DNA from: Bacteroidales bacterium
GTDB taxonomy: Bacteria > Bacteroidota > Bacteroidia > Bacteroidales > JBGRPZ01
Assembly: GCA_041725955.1 (NCBI GenBank)
Contig: JBGRQE010000010.1
Span: 2,376-66,375, forward strand
Length of the DNA: 64,000 bases
Direction: 5' to 3'
A program made the position numbers and the translations under genes. Shown here piece by piece: positions 31,200-41,604 of the stretch; position 1 is the stretch's first letter; each line of letters starts with the position of its first letter. Below the pieces are notes generated by a model. It was given only the letters and a program-made list of their open reading frames with translations. It was not told where the DNA came from and ran no database searches.

Positions 31200-32039
31200 T
31201 TACTTTTTGTATTCGTTAAGGATATCTATGAAAGTGATAGAGCTATCTTCCATGTCATTTACAATGCTATCAACTTTAGATACGATGTAATTGTAAAAGA
31301 TTTGTAGAATAATAGCAACGATAAGACCGAATACAGTGGTAAGAAGCGCAACTTTAATACCAGAAGCAACAACGGTAGGAGAAATATCACCAGCAGCAGC
31401 AATATCATCAAATGCACCAATCATACCAATTACAGTACCCATGAAACCAAGCATTGGAGCCAAAGCGATAAACAATGAAATCCAGCTTAATCCACTTTCT
31501 AAACGACCAGTAAGAACACCACCGTAAGAAACGATTGATTTTTCTACCTCATTAAGACCCTCTTCATAACGCTCTAACCCCTGAACAAAGATTCCTCCAA
31601 CAGGACCTTTTACGTTACGACATTCTTCTTTAGCCTTTTCAATTCCACCAGACTGAAGAGCAGCCTCAACCTTGTTTAATAACTTCTTAGTGTTGATGGT
31701 AGAAAGATTCAAATAAATAATTCTTTCAATACAAATTGCAAGACCTAAAATCAAGGCAATAAGTACAATACCCATAAATACAGGACCACCATCAATAAAT
31801 TGATCCTTAATTACTTGGTGATAAGATTCTTTTTCTGCAGGAGCATCTACTTTCTTTTCAGTAGCAGCTACATCTTTAGCAATAGCAACTTCTTTTACAG
31901 TGTCAGATGGCTTTGCTTGATCTTGTACAGTTTCGGTCGCCTCAACAGAAGTACCCTCTTGATCCTGAGCAAGAGCAAAATTTGATGCTCCGAAAGTTAG
32001 CATTCCTGCTATCGTTAAAAAAGCAATTAATCTTTTCAT
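31200..32039 (-). CDS. exbB: MotA/TolQ/ExbB proton channel protein
   Basis: GGPVFM, ALAPMLGFMGTVIGMI, GIKVALLTTVFGL. Confidence 0.93.
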   Translation of the reverse strand: MKRLIAFLTIAGMLTFGASNFALAQDQEGTSVEATETVQDQAKPSDTVKEVAIAKDVAATEKKVDAPAEKESYHQVIKDQFIDGGPVFMGIVLIALILGLAICIERIIYLNLSTINTKKLLNKVEAALQSGGIEKAKEECRNVKGPVGGIFVQGLERYEEGLNEVEKSIVSYGGVLTGRLESGLSWISLFIALAPMLGFMGTVIGMIGAFDDIAAAGDISPTVVASGIKVALLTTVFGLIVAIILQIFYNYIVSKVDSIVNDMEDSSITFIDILNEYKK

Positions 32040-32320
32040 AGTTAACCTTTATTGATTTTGAATAAGTAAATGTTTGTTATTTAACTCTTTTTATTGCTTG
32101 TCGTAATTAATATATCAGCCTATTCAATAAGATAGGCAAATATAAATATTTATTGGAAAAATGCCAGTTTCGTCAGTCGTATAATCGTCTCCCAATGATA
32201 AAAACAACTCCCTTTATAACAGAAAACTACACCTCTGTATTGTGTGCGTATTTTACCATTTTTGTCATTACCCCTGGCCTTTTTTACAATCTTACGGCCC
32301 CAAATTTATGAAAAAAATTA

Positions 32321-33355
32321 TCAAATTGTAATTTCTCCTCTAAGGGAGTTTTGAAAATATGATTTAATTTCGTTTTTGTCTAAGTTTAAACCCAATAGAT
32401 ACATGAGTTTTGCAAGTGCTGATTCGGTAGTTATATCATAACCTCCAATAACTCCAACTTTACCCATATCTACACTCGCTTCGTATTTCCCGATTTGTAC
32501 GGTTCCTGCCTTACACTGTGTAACATTGAAAATCATCAAACCTCTGTCTGAAGCTTCTTGTAATAAATCTATAAACCATTTTTCGGTAGGAGCATTTCCT
32601 GAACCAAATGTTTCTAGAATCAACGCTTTCAATCCTGGAGTTTCTAAGACTGATTTAACAAAGTTCTTAGGCATTCCTGGATATAGTTTTAGTAAAGCCA
32701 CATTAGTATCAAGCTTTTTGTGTACTTTCAATCGCTTGAAGTTTGGCTTGCGAATACAAGATTTGCTATACTTTATATAAATACCTGCATTTGCCAATGC
32801 CGGAAAGTTTCCAGAATAAAATGCATTAAAATTCTCTGCATTTAGTTTTGTGGTTCTGTTTCCTCTTAATAATTGGTTTTCAAAATATACTGATACCTCA
32901 GGAACTAATGGTGTTTTATCTTCAGATGCAGCAGCAATTTCTATTGCGGTAAGAAAATTTTCGCGGCCATCAGTACGAATAGCATCGATTGGAAGCTGCG
33001 AACCTGTTAAGATTACAGGTTTGTTTAAATTTTCAAGCATAAAACTTAGTGCCGAGGCTGTGTATGACATAGTGTCTGAGCCATGTAGAATTACAAAACC
33101 ATCATAGTTTTCATATTCATCTTCGATAACTGATGCAAGCTTAACCCAAAAATCAGGGTTCATATCAGATGAGTCAATCAATGGATCAAATGAATGATAA
33201 TCAATCTGGTGATCAAAACGCTTGAGCATAGGAAGCTTTTCATACATCTTTTCGAAATTAAAAGGCTTTAATGCTCCAGAATGTGGGCAAACCATCATTC
33301 CAATGGTTCCACCAGTATAAATTACCAATATGCGGGCTTTTTCTTTCATCACCAC
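32321..33355 (-). CDS. ansA: L-asparaginase type I
   Basis: IYTGGTIGM, DSSDM, HGSDTMSY, ILTGSQLP, LETFGSGN. Confidence 0.93.
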   Translation of the reverse strand: MVMKEKARILVIYTGGTIGMMVCPHSGALKPFNFEKMYEKLPMLKRFDHQIDYHSFDPLIDSSDMNPDFWVKLASVIEDEYENYDGFVILHGSDTMSYTASALSFMLENLNKPVILTGSQLPIDAIRTDGRENFLTAIEIAAASEDKTPLVPEVSVYFENQLLRGNRTTKLNAENFNAFYSGNFPALANAGIYIKYSKSCIRKPNFKRLKVHKKLDTNVALLKLYPGMPKNFVKSVLETPGLKALILETFGSGNAPTEKWFIDLLQEASDRGLMIFNVTQCKAGTVQIGKYEASVDMGKVGVIGGYDITTESALAKLMYLLGLNLDKNEIKSYFQNSLRGEITI

Positions 33356-33379
33356 TGTGTTCTTAAAACTATTATATCC

Positions 33380-34195
33380 TTATATATCTTCAATTTGGAA
33401 TAACTCCAAAGCGTTATTACTTGTTACTTTAGCAACCTCTTCGAGACTACACTCTTTAATTTCTGCCATCTTTTGTGCTATATAAGTTACATATGCACTC
33501 TGGTTTCTTTTGCCCCTAAATGGCATTGGTGTTAAAAATGGTGAATCGGTTTCTAAGACCAAATGTTTAAGATCGATATTTTTTACGATTTCTGGTAAAT
33601 TAGATTTCTTGAAGGTTAACACTCCTCCAATTCCCATTTTGAAACCCCAATCGATAATTCTTTTTGCATCATTTTCGTCACCACTGAAACAGTGAAAAAT
33701 TCCTTTTAACTTGGGATTGTTAAATTCGTCAATGACGTTGAAAATTTCAGGAAATGATTCGCGCGAGTGAATGGCTACGGGCAGGTCGTAGTGCACAGCC
33801 AGTTCTAATTGGTGTCGCAATGCAATCTTTTGTTCCTTTGCATAAGTTTTATCCCAATACAAATCTATCCCAATTTCACCTATACCTATATATATATCTT
33901 TTTTTTCAAGTTCTTGCTCAACACGTTTTAATTCTTCTTTATAATTTTCTTTAACCGATGTAGGGTGTAATCCTGCCATCGGGAAGCAGTTTTTTGGAAA
34001 TTCTTTACAAAGAAGTAATTGTGCCTCAATAGTATCACTGTCTATAGATGGCAGTAACATATATTTTACATGCTTATCAATTGCATTTTTGATAACTTCC
34101 TTTCTATCTTCTTTATATTCTTCGAGATAGAGATGCGTATGTGTATCAATTAACATCATTATGCAAAAATAGAAATATTGTTTTTTTATTTTCAC
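33380..34195 (-). CDS. tatD: TatD family hydrolase (start probably MMLIDTH)
   Basis: IDTHTH, GLHP, IGEIGID, IHSR, FHCF, LETDSPFL. Confidence 0.93.
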   Translation of the reverse strand: MKIKKQYFYFCIMMLIDTHTHLYLEEYKEDRKEVIKNAIDKHVKYMLLPSIDSDTIEAQLLLCKEFPKNCFPMAGLHPTSVKENYKEELKRVEQELEKKDIYIGIGEIGIDLYWDKTYAKEQKIALRHQLELAVHYDLPVAIHSRESFPEIFNVIDEFNNPKLKGIFHCFSGDENDAKRIIDWGFKMGIGGVLTFKKSNLPEIVKNIDLKHLVLETDSPFLTPMPFRGKRNQSAYVTYIAQKMAEIKECSLEEVAKVTSNNALELFQIEDI

Positions 34196-34281
34196 TCATT
34201 ATCACGAAGATTACTATTTAAATATGGTTTAAGTAGTGAATTCATTTCGACTTTTGATATATTTTCGGTTATTGATCGTGG

Positions 34282-34368
34282 CTTCGACTCCGCTCAGCCA
34301 CCGGGTTGGGTTTGTTTAGCCACCGGTTGGGTTTTTTCAGCGGCATAGGTCCCTGAGCGTAGTCGAAG
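34282..34368. repeat. GC-rich REP-like inverted repeat element with an internal direct repeat
   Basis: cttcgactccgctcag (34282-34297) versus ctgagcgtagtcgaag (34353-34368) is 15/16 complementary. Internal agccaccg(g)gttgggttt occurs twice. Confidence 0.75.
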
Positions 34369-34708
34369 GGACAGTATCATGGCCCTTCCACAAAGGTAGC
34401 TTGGGTTTGGTCAAAAAGCTAAGTAACATTGCATATTAAAGCTACCTATATGCAGTGTGCTTATTTAGAGGATGTAGACAGAGCGAATTGCTTAATCGCT
34501 ATATACTTGTTTGAATCATTATTTGATAAGTTTTAAATTAAGGAGTGTAAGAACTGCCATAATATAATTGTCGTGTGCCAAGCGTAATTATATAAAAAAG
34601 AAAGCCGAATTTCTGTATGACGAGAAATTTCGGCTTTTCAATCAATAAAATGTAAATCAATAGTTGATAGTATGAATGAAACTAATAGATCTATTTGGAT
34701 ATGAAAAA

Positions 34709-35422
34709 TTATCTTGGAATAAAGTGATCGTTGGACGGATTCACCTTAATATCAAAATTTATTTTTTTCTTTCTCTTATTTGGAGGCAAAGCGGGTATGC
34801 TTTGTCTTCCCAATTTCTTATTTAGTCGGTTAATAATCTTTCTGTTTCGTTTTAATTTTCTTTGCAAGCGTGCATTAGAATTAAAGACATTATAAAGGTT
34901 CTGAACAATACCAAATCCTCCTTCTGGGTTACCAGAAGTTTTTAAATTCCTTGCTTTTAAAGACCATCGATCCATAGCTTTTTTCATCCATGGGTTAACA
35001 TTTCTGAAAGGGAGTCGTGTAGTGATTACCTTACGTTTAAATGTTTCATATTCCATAAACGGAAATATTTCAATCTGGTCTAGGACTATTGTGTCTTTAG
35101 TCATTCTTAACTCAAGAAAAGCATTTTTGCTTTTATATATGGAATCATTAATTTTAAAGATTTGTGATTTATATCCCACAGAAGAAATAAGTAGAGTGTC
35201 GCTTGGCAAAACATGTATCAGAAAATAACCTTCCTTATCTGTGATACTACCACGATGTCCTTTTTGCGATAAGATATGCGCTCCCTGAATATGTTTATTA
35301 TTCGCTTTCCTAAATACTCTTCCTTTTATTTCTTTAAATACATTCTTTTTATCGTCAATCTCTTGTCCCATTGAAGTTAACGAAATCAAAATAAAGGAAA
35401 ATAGAATGAAAAATCTTTTCAA
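34709..35422 (-). CDS. CarboxypepD_reg-like domain protein
   Basis: Signal peptide, IKGRVF...IQGAHI...SITDKEGYFLI...DTLLISSVGYK, L..IEIFP. Confidence 0.75.
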   Translation of the reverse strand: MKRFFILFSFILISLTSMGQEIDDKKNVFKEIKGRVFRKANNKHIQGAHILSQKGHRGSITDKEGYFLIHVLPSDTLLISSVGYKSQIFKINDSIYKSKNAFLELRMTKDTIVLDQIEIFPFMEYETFKRKVITTRLPFRNVNPWMKKAMDRWSLKARNLKTSGNPEGGFGIVQNLYNVFNSNARLQRKLKRNRKIINRLNKKLGRQSIPALPPNKRKKKINFDIKVNPSNDHFIPR

Positions 35423-35518
35423 ATCACTACACTTTATTATTGTTTATCTTTCTTGTATTGCAATATTAATACAAAAGATCTTTAATGTGAGCTAAGGCAT
35501 TGTTAAAAAATGTTAAGA
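35337..35518. repeat. 182-bp direct repeat, copy 1 (upstream region plus first ~28 codons of 34709..35422)
   Basis: Ungapped alignment with 37395-37576, with long identical blocks. Confidence 0.9.
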
Positions 35519-35615
35519 TCTACACAGAAAGGTAAATATATTGTGTTTTGCTTTAGACCCAAGATAGAATTTCAAATTCCACCTTGGAGACTTGAAAAAT
35601 AATTTGAATTTAGTT

Positions 35616-36092
35616 TTAGCTGAACGGATAGTTCTCAATAGATTTCAGGCCCTGTGCATGACACATAAATATGTCTTTAATATGCCCTTCGGTAATTTTG
35701 AAGATATTAACACTTTGTAGTATTATCTTATAATCACTAATCAAACAATTTTTATCTCTAAAAAAGCTTAAGTGTTCGAAATTAAAATCTTGTGCTAATT
35801 TTATATGGTTCCCAACAAGGAACAAACAATTCTTTTGTTTTTGTGAAACCAACGGAGGAAGTTTTGATAATGCATAATTTCCACATGAGAGGCATGCACT
35901 ACAAGGAATAATTACTATATAATCAATACTATCTAAGTTTTTCTTTGCCCCTAATTCTTCTAAGTAAGCTTGAATTACTTTTTCTTCATGGGCATAAGAT
36001 GTTTTGTTTTTAGGACTATTATTACACCCACAAAAAAGAGTAATGATTAAACAAAATAATGCCAGGTAATTAATTTTAGTTCTCTGACTCAT
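35616..36092 (-). CDS. Hypothetical lipoprotein with a CxxCxxC cluster
   Basis: Lipobox LFCGC, IIPCSACLSC; overlaps the upstream lipoprotein gene. Confidence 0.6.
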   Translation of the reverse strand: MSQRTKINYLALFCLIITLFCGCNNSPKNKTSYAHEEKVIQAYLEELGAKKNLDSIDYIVIIPCSACLSCGNYALSKLPPLVSQKQKNCLFLVGNHIKLAQDFNFEHLSFFRDKNCLISDYKIILQSVNIFKITEGHIKDIFMCHAQGLKSIENYPFS

Positions 36093-37278
36093 CCAATTCT
36101 AAATTATATAGGTTAAAATAAATGCTTTTTTTATCATTAATAGTTTTTGTTCCGTGCATCCAAATTCCATCTTCACTACATACAATAGAATTGTTCATTA
36201 AATTTAAAGTATCTTTATTATCATCAAAATAGATTTCTTCTTTGATGTTAAAGTCTTTATCTGCAATAATTAGTGACCATGGTGTTTTGTTGAAGGTTTT
36301 TTTTACTTCAGTTTCAATATATTTTGCTCGATGCAGAAATATGCGATAATAAAGATTCCTGTATGGGTCGTAGTATATTTCATGGTAGTTTGGTTCTCCT
36401 TTTGAAAATTTCATTTGTTTGTTCATATCCATGGCATATTCATCAGGAATTTCATTGATTTGATATTCATATTTTGTACCAAAAAACTTTTGATCAACAC
36501 ATTTCCCGTTTTTATAAAAGAAAACACTATCGTTATGAGGAAATGAAGCTATTATATTCTGATTATCACTACTATTCATATAGAAATAAGGTAGGACAAA
36601 ATAGTTAGGTCCAAAAGCATAGTTTGACGGATATTTGATACCAATATTGTCTTTTCTTATACTGGTGTCTTTAGTGTGTTTATATTCAAACCCATATGAT
36701 TCTTTATAATATTTTATTCTATTCTCTAACAGAAAAAAAGGATATTTAAATCCGTAGTTAGATGCATAAAAATGATTATAATCACCAATAAACGATGGAA
36801 GGATAGGTAGTATGGCTCTTTGTTCAATTGAGTAAGGATTTAGATTAATCAGATTTTGTAATATTAATGAATCAGAATAAGTAATCATAAATCTATGATT
36901 GAATACTCCATATCCTCCTTTAGGAAACATTGTGAAGTAGAGAATGGAATAAGGTTTTCTTAATACATTTAATATACCTCCTTCGTATGGTTTATATACT
37001 TGCTGACCCGTTTTCAGATCTGTAATAAAAAACTTTAAACTATCGCATTTCTCATCATATCCCCCAAAAATAAGTTTATTATCTTCTATTTTACATTTAA
37101 TCTGAGCGAAGAAAATATTACTACAGTTCTTTATAAACGGATGATCTTTTTCTATGTAAAAAGATTTCTCTGGATCTTGTTTAAGCAGGTGTGAGTTGTT
37201 TTTTGAATTATAATTCTGCTTACAACTACTTGTTACTAGTAATACTAGAAACAAAAGGATTAATTTTTGACTATTCAT
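36076..37278 (-). CDS. Lipoprotein, DUF4221-like beta-propeller
   Basis: Lipobox LVTSSC, IIASFPHNDSVF, IYYDPYRNLYYRI, SLIIADKDFNIKEE. Confidence 0.65.
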   Translation of the reverse strand: MNSQKLILLFLVLLVTSSCKQNYNSKNNSHLLKQDPEKSFYIEKDHPFIKNCSNIFFAQIKCKIEDNKLIFGGYDEKCDSLKFFITDLKTGQQVYKPYEGGILNVLRKPYSILYFTMFPKGGYGVFNHRFMITYSDSLILQNLINLNPYSIEQRAILPILPSFIGDYNHFYASNYGFKYPFFLLENRIKYYKESYGFEYKHTKDTSIRKDNIGIKYPSNYAFGPNYFVLPYFYMNSSDNQNIIASFPHNDSVFFYKNGKCVDQKFFGTKYEYQINEIPDEYAMDMNKQMKFSKGEPNYHEIYYDPYRNLYYRIFLHRAKYIETEVKKTFNKTPWSLIIADKDFNIKEEIYFDDNKDTLNLMNNSIVCSEDGIWMHGTKTINDKKSIYFNLYNLELDESEN

Positions 37279-37394
37279 AAGATAATTTTTGGAGAAATAT
37301 TGAACCTATATGGCCCCAATAAAAATAGGTTTTACTTGCCAGGTGGTTGACTTTCTAATTTATTCAAGAAAAGCTTCCTTACTTTTATTTTTTT

Positions 37395-37576
37395 AATACA
37401 TCCTTTTTCTCGTCAATCTCTTATCCCAGTGAAGTTAACGAAATCAAAATAAAGGAAAATAGAATAAGGAGTTTTTCTAAATCATTACAATCTATTATTG
37501 TTTATCTTTCTTGTATTACAATATTAATACAAAAGATCTTTAATGTGAGCTAAGGCATTGTTAAAAAATGTTAAGA
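37395..37576 (-). pseudogene. 182-bp direct repeat, copy 2: decayed 5' fragment of the CarboxypepD_reg gene
   Basis: ATG GGA CAA of copy 1 has become CTG GGA TAA (premature stop), and the start region has diverged. Confidence 0.8.
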
Positions 37577-37738
37577 ATTATTTGAAAAGAGATGTATTCG
37601 GTTTTCTTAAAGAAAATGCCATTAAGAGAAATATTTCAAAATCTTATGATGATGGTTTTTTATTAAGCGCTTCCACAGGAAAGGATGGGGGCAATGGAGT
37701 TTTCTCTATATTAGATATAAATATCTTTACTATAAAAA

Positions 37739-37781
37739 TTCCAGCTACCTGTTAGGTTAAGAACCTGTCAGGTAGCTGGAA
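37739..37781 (-). terminator. Terminator after the large T9SS protein
   Basis: 13-bp stem ttccagctacctg / caggtagctggaa plus inner pairing. Confidence 0.7.
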
Positions 37782-37815
37782 ATCAGTAGTCCTATTGTTT
37801 TCAACAAAAGTATAT

Positions 37816-40800
37816 CTACTCAATAATTAAAATCTTTTTTTGAAGATGATGATTAGATAGTATACTAACAATATAAATTCCTGGGGTCCAGTTTGAAGTA
37901 GAGATATGTTCCTTACTATCTGGATTTTCCTTTGACCAAATAAGAGTCCCTATGCTATTCCAGATAAAGATTCTTTGAACATCGTTTTGTGTTTGGATAT
38001 TCACATTGTCGTTTGCAGGGTTTGGTATAATTTGTACAGAATTTCCTTTTATTTCGGAAAGCATTGTTGGTTTTGTCTTTTGTGTTAATGTAAAATTATG
38101 AATTTCTTCTCCATTAGGAAAAATGAATTTTACAGGAATAAGACATTGGCGATTTGTAGTTAAGGTGTTTTCTTGATAATCAATATTTACTTTCGTTTTT
38201 GAGTCTGAAGCTTCCTGATTTAAAGTTATCCAACTACAACTATTTTCTATGCTCGGGGCATTGGCTGCATTATGTTCTATAGAGAATTCAGTATTTCCTG
38301 CTTTGTAATCTACTTTTATTTGCTCTGGAACCAATTTAACTTCAAATGCAGCTTCCTTTTGAGTTACATTTAGAATAGCCTTTTTGTTGTCTGAGGTTGC
38401 AAAGACAATACTTGTTTCGCGGATTTTATGGATTTTGTTTTCTTGTACTTCGATAGAAATCTTTTGATTACCATTGCCTGAAGCAGGACTAACTGTCAAC
38501 CAATCTTGGTTGCTCGTTGCTGTCCATGTATCATTTGTGCTTAGATCAGCTTCTTTTTTGCCATCCTTTGCCTCGAAGTTTATCTTTTCTGGATTTATAG
38601 TGATTTCTGTAGTCTTTACTGCTTGCGAAAGCTTAAAGGTTTTAATCACATCTTTTGCTTGAATGGAAATAGTTGCCTCTCGGTCATTTTCGCCAGTATT
38701 TTCTTGATAGCTGACTGTAATTACACCGCTATTAATTCCTGTGTAGTTTACCAGACTTAACCAGTCGGCTCCATCGTCAATAGTTGCTTCAAAGTTAGTG
38801 TTTGAGGTTACTTCAATTTCTGTAGCTCCTGCTTGATAATTAACTTCTTGGTTTTCTGGGTCAATTTCCAGTTCAACAGGATGACTTTCTTGTTTTATAT
38901 TCACAAGAACAATAGTGCCATCATTAGCTTCAATACTGATATAAGATTCTCTTGCTTCAGTTATATTGTTGGCTTGACAAGTTACGGTTACAAGGGCATC
39001 ATTACTTCCTTCTGCAGGTTGAGTAGAGATCCAGTCTTCTGCCGGATTAATGATCCAATCCATATTGGCTGATATATTGAAGGTTTTGCTTTCTTCTTCA
39101 TATCCAAATTGTAATTCAGCGACATCAGCAAGAAGATGAGTTTCTACATGTCCATTAGGTTTTGATTTCCACAAACCTCGACCATAGGTGGCAGCAAAAA
39201 TCCAGTCATTATCTTTGTTATCGCCATAATGCATATCAAGTTCATATACCAATACGTTTGGCAAGCCATTGTTAAACTCTACCCAGTTTTGTTCTCCATC
39301 ACGGTAATAAATTCCAAAATCTGTAGCAGCATAAAGCTGTTGTTGGTTGGGATTGCGATGATATTCAAGCACACAGTTTACTGGAATTTCAGGAAGGCCT
39401 GCAGAGATATTCTTCCATGTAGCTCCTCCGTCAGTGGATTCATACACTCCATGAGCGTCGAATTGAGAAAGAGAAATCCATATGGTATTGGCATCATCAT
39501 TTTTTACAGTGATATACTCTATTTGCCTATAATAGCTTAGGCTCAATGGAATATTTGATGTTAAATCTTCCCAATTTTGACCGTTATCAGTGCTTTTTAA
39601 GATTTTACTCCTATAACCAATATAAATTGTATTGGTATCAGCAGGGCTCATCGCAATATGCTCAAGTTTACTGCTGTTGCCATTATACACGGTCTGATAT
39701 GAATTTCCCTGATCGAAAGATCTGTATAGCTTATTATATCCAATCCATAGTGTTTTAGGATTTACTGGATTGAGAGTGAATGGTGTAATCCACGCACCTT
39801 CTAAGTTTTCATAGGGTTTTATAAGAGTGCTGTTGTTCCATTTATTTTTAGTTCTTTTGATATTTCCATATTGTGACTCACCATATTGGGTATTTGGATC
39901 GGTATAGTCTACAGCACATTCCATACCATCTCCTCCCATTACTGTGTACCATTGCTTTGTTCCGCTGCGAAGAAAGGTGCCATTATCTTGTAATCCTGTT
40001 ACACATTGTTCTTTTTCATTTTGACAAACTCCCAATCGGTAAATTTGGCCAATAACTAGAGTGTTGGATAAATCTGTCCATGAATTTCCATTGTTGGTAC
40101 TTTTGTATATTCCTCCATCATTTCCTTCAAAAAGAGTTGAGGTTCCGGGTCGGAAAATCATTTCATGTTTGTCAGCGTGCACAGCTTCGGCACCACCACC
40201 TCCATACCAGTGATTTAGAAGTTCCCAGTTTTGACCACCATCAGTAGAACCCCAAGTGTTGATTCCTCCAATGTAAACCCGATTAGCATTTAAAGGATCT
40301 GCTGCGATAGTTAAATCGTACCAAGCTTGTCCATTATTAATACCTGTACCATCTGTACTATGATTTAGGAAATAGTTTCCATTGGCAGAACCATTTATAA
40401 TTTGTGAGAAGGTTTCACCTGAATCGGTAGATTTATAAATACCCTTTAGTCCACTACTCGAATTGGCGACAACTGCATAAATGACATCACTATCATCAGC
40501 AGATACAGCGATTTCAGTTCTGTAGCCACCTGAAATATCCATTTTTTTCACCCAACTTTCTCCGGCATTTATACTTTTATATATATCACCCTCTGGTGTT
40601 GAACCATACATAATTTGAGGATTATTAGGGTTGAATTCCATATCCACAAATCGAGAAGAAGTTTTTTTTGTCCATACAGCATCATTACCATCAGATATAT
40701 ATAGCCCTTCTGATGTAGAAGCATATATCTTTGAAGGTGTTCCTGGATATGCAAGTAGTTTATAGGCCCTAACTCCTTGTGAAGTTGCAAAACTTAAACC

Positions 40801-41499
40801 TGTTGTACTCCAATCTTCTCCGCCGCTTGTAGATTTTAGTATTCCACAGGAAGGAGTATCTCCAGCATCTTTATCTCCTGTTGCAATATAAATAGTATTG
40901 TCTGTTGCAAAATCTTCACTTACTAATATACTGCTTACTCCGATTGAAGTCATATTATCGGTGGTGGTGATCCAGTTATTTCCGGCATCTGTTGATTTCC
41001 AAAATCCTCCTGAAGGAGTACCTAGGTAAAGGATGTTTTCATCGCTTGGGTTAAAAGCAATACAGTTTACTCTTCCCAATCCGTTGTAACCTCCAACTGT
41101 GGTTTTTGTACCCACAGATTCCCAAATCACATTGCTTCGAGTTGATGGTCTTTTTTCTCGAATTAAGTACTGATTGATATCAGGATATTTTCCTGTTTTA
41201 GGATCAACTCTAGCTTCCCATTTAAATTCGTAGCGTCTGAACTGTTTAAATCCAGGCATTTTAGCTTTTTCACCATCAATTTTGTAATACCCATCAGTAA
41301 TACCTCTTTGATTGCAATAGCTGTTAAAGGCTTTCTGTTTTTCAGAGAAACTTAAATTGTCAGGATTTTCTAGATAGTTTACTTGGTTTTTCTTTTGGGA
41401 TCTTTCAGGATTATTTTTTTGATATTCGTCAATCCATGCTTGTCCAAAGCTTAAGTTTGAGGCCAGAATTAATATAATGATTGGCCATAGGTTTCGCAT
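37816..41499 (-). CDS. Secreted BNR/VPS10-like beta-propeller protein with four BACON domains and a T9SS CTD
   Basis: Many S-x-D-x-G-x-x-W Asp-box repeats (KSTDAGNNW, KSINAGESW, KSTDNGQNW), four W...DW...N.....R...Q BACON-like repeats, C-terminal IIPNPA...PGIYIVSI. Confidence 0.85.
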   Translation of the reverse strand: MRNLWPIIILILASNLSFGQAWIDEYQKNNPERSQKKNQVNYLENPDNLSFSEKQKAFNSYCNQRGITDGYYKIDGEKAKMPGFKQFRRYEFKWEARVDPKTGKYPDINQYLIREKRPSTRSNVIWESVGTKTTVGGYNGLGRVNCIAFNPSDENILYLGTPSGGFWKSTDAGNNWITTTDNMTSIGVSSILVSEDFATDNTIYIATGDKDAGDTPSCGILKSTSGGEDWSTTGLSFATSQGVRAYKLLAYPGTPSKIYASTSEGLYISDGNDAVWTKKTSSRFVDMEFNPNNPQIMYGSTPEGDIYKSINAGESWVKKMDISGGYRTEIAVSADDSDVIYAVVANSSSGLKGIYKSTDSGETFSQIINGSANGNYFLNHSTDGTGINNGQAWYDLTIAADPLNANRVYIGGINTWGSTDGGQNWELLNHWYGGGGAEAVHADKHEMIFRPGTSTLFEGNDGGIYKSTNNGNSWTDLSNTLVIGQIYRLGVCQNEKEQCVTGLQDNGTFLRSGTKQWYTVMGGDGMECAVDYTDPNTQYGESQYGNIKRTKNKWNNSTLIKPYENLEGAWITPFTLNPVNPKTLWIGYNKLYRSFDQGNSYQTVYNGNSSKLEHIAMSPADTNTIYIGYRSKILKSTDNGQNWEDLTSNIPLSLSYYRQIEYITVKNDDANTIWISLSQFDAHGVYESTDGGATWKNISAGLPEIPVNCVLEYHRNPNQQQLYAATDFGIYYRDGEQNWVEFNNGLPNVLVYELDMHYGDNKDNDWIFAATYGRGLWKSKPNGHVETHLLADVAELQFGYEEESKTFNISANMDWIINPAEDWISTQPAEGSNDALVTVTCQANNITEARESYISIEANDGTIVLVNIKQESHPVELEIDPENQEVNYQAGATEIEVTSNTNFEATIDDGADWLSLVNYTGINSGVITVSYQENTGENDREATISIQAKDVIKTFKLSQAVKTTEITINPEKINFEAKDGKKEADLSTNDTWTATSNQDWLTVSPASGNGNQKISIEVQENKIHKIRETSIVFATSDNKKAILNVTQKEAAFEVKLVPEQIKVDYKAGNTEFSIEHNAANAPSIENSCSWITLNQEASDSKTKVNIDYQENTLTTNRQCLIPVKFIFPNGEEIHNFTLTQKTKPTMLSEIKGNSVQIIPNPANDNVNIQTQNDVQRIFIWNSIGTLIWSKENPDSKEHISTSNWTPGIYIVSILSNHHLQKKILIIE

Positions 41500-41604
41500 A
41501 ATCGTTTTGTTTTTATTATTGGTTACAGAAATTACTTTTATGGTATGTGTAGTCGAATTATCAAAAATATATTTAATTATCGAGAAAATCTACTGTTTTG
41601 GCTT

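Noticed and set aside
32040-32320. Possible tRNA between ansA and exbB
   Set aside because: No T-loop GTTCGA motif, cloverleaf or CCA end could be found.
37558-37755. 65-aa plus-strand ORF with a TTG start
   Set aside because: Starts inside the direct repeat, ends in the terminator stem and has no recognisable motif. It may be a gene remnant but cannot be supported.
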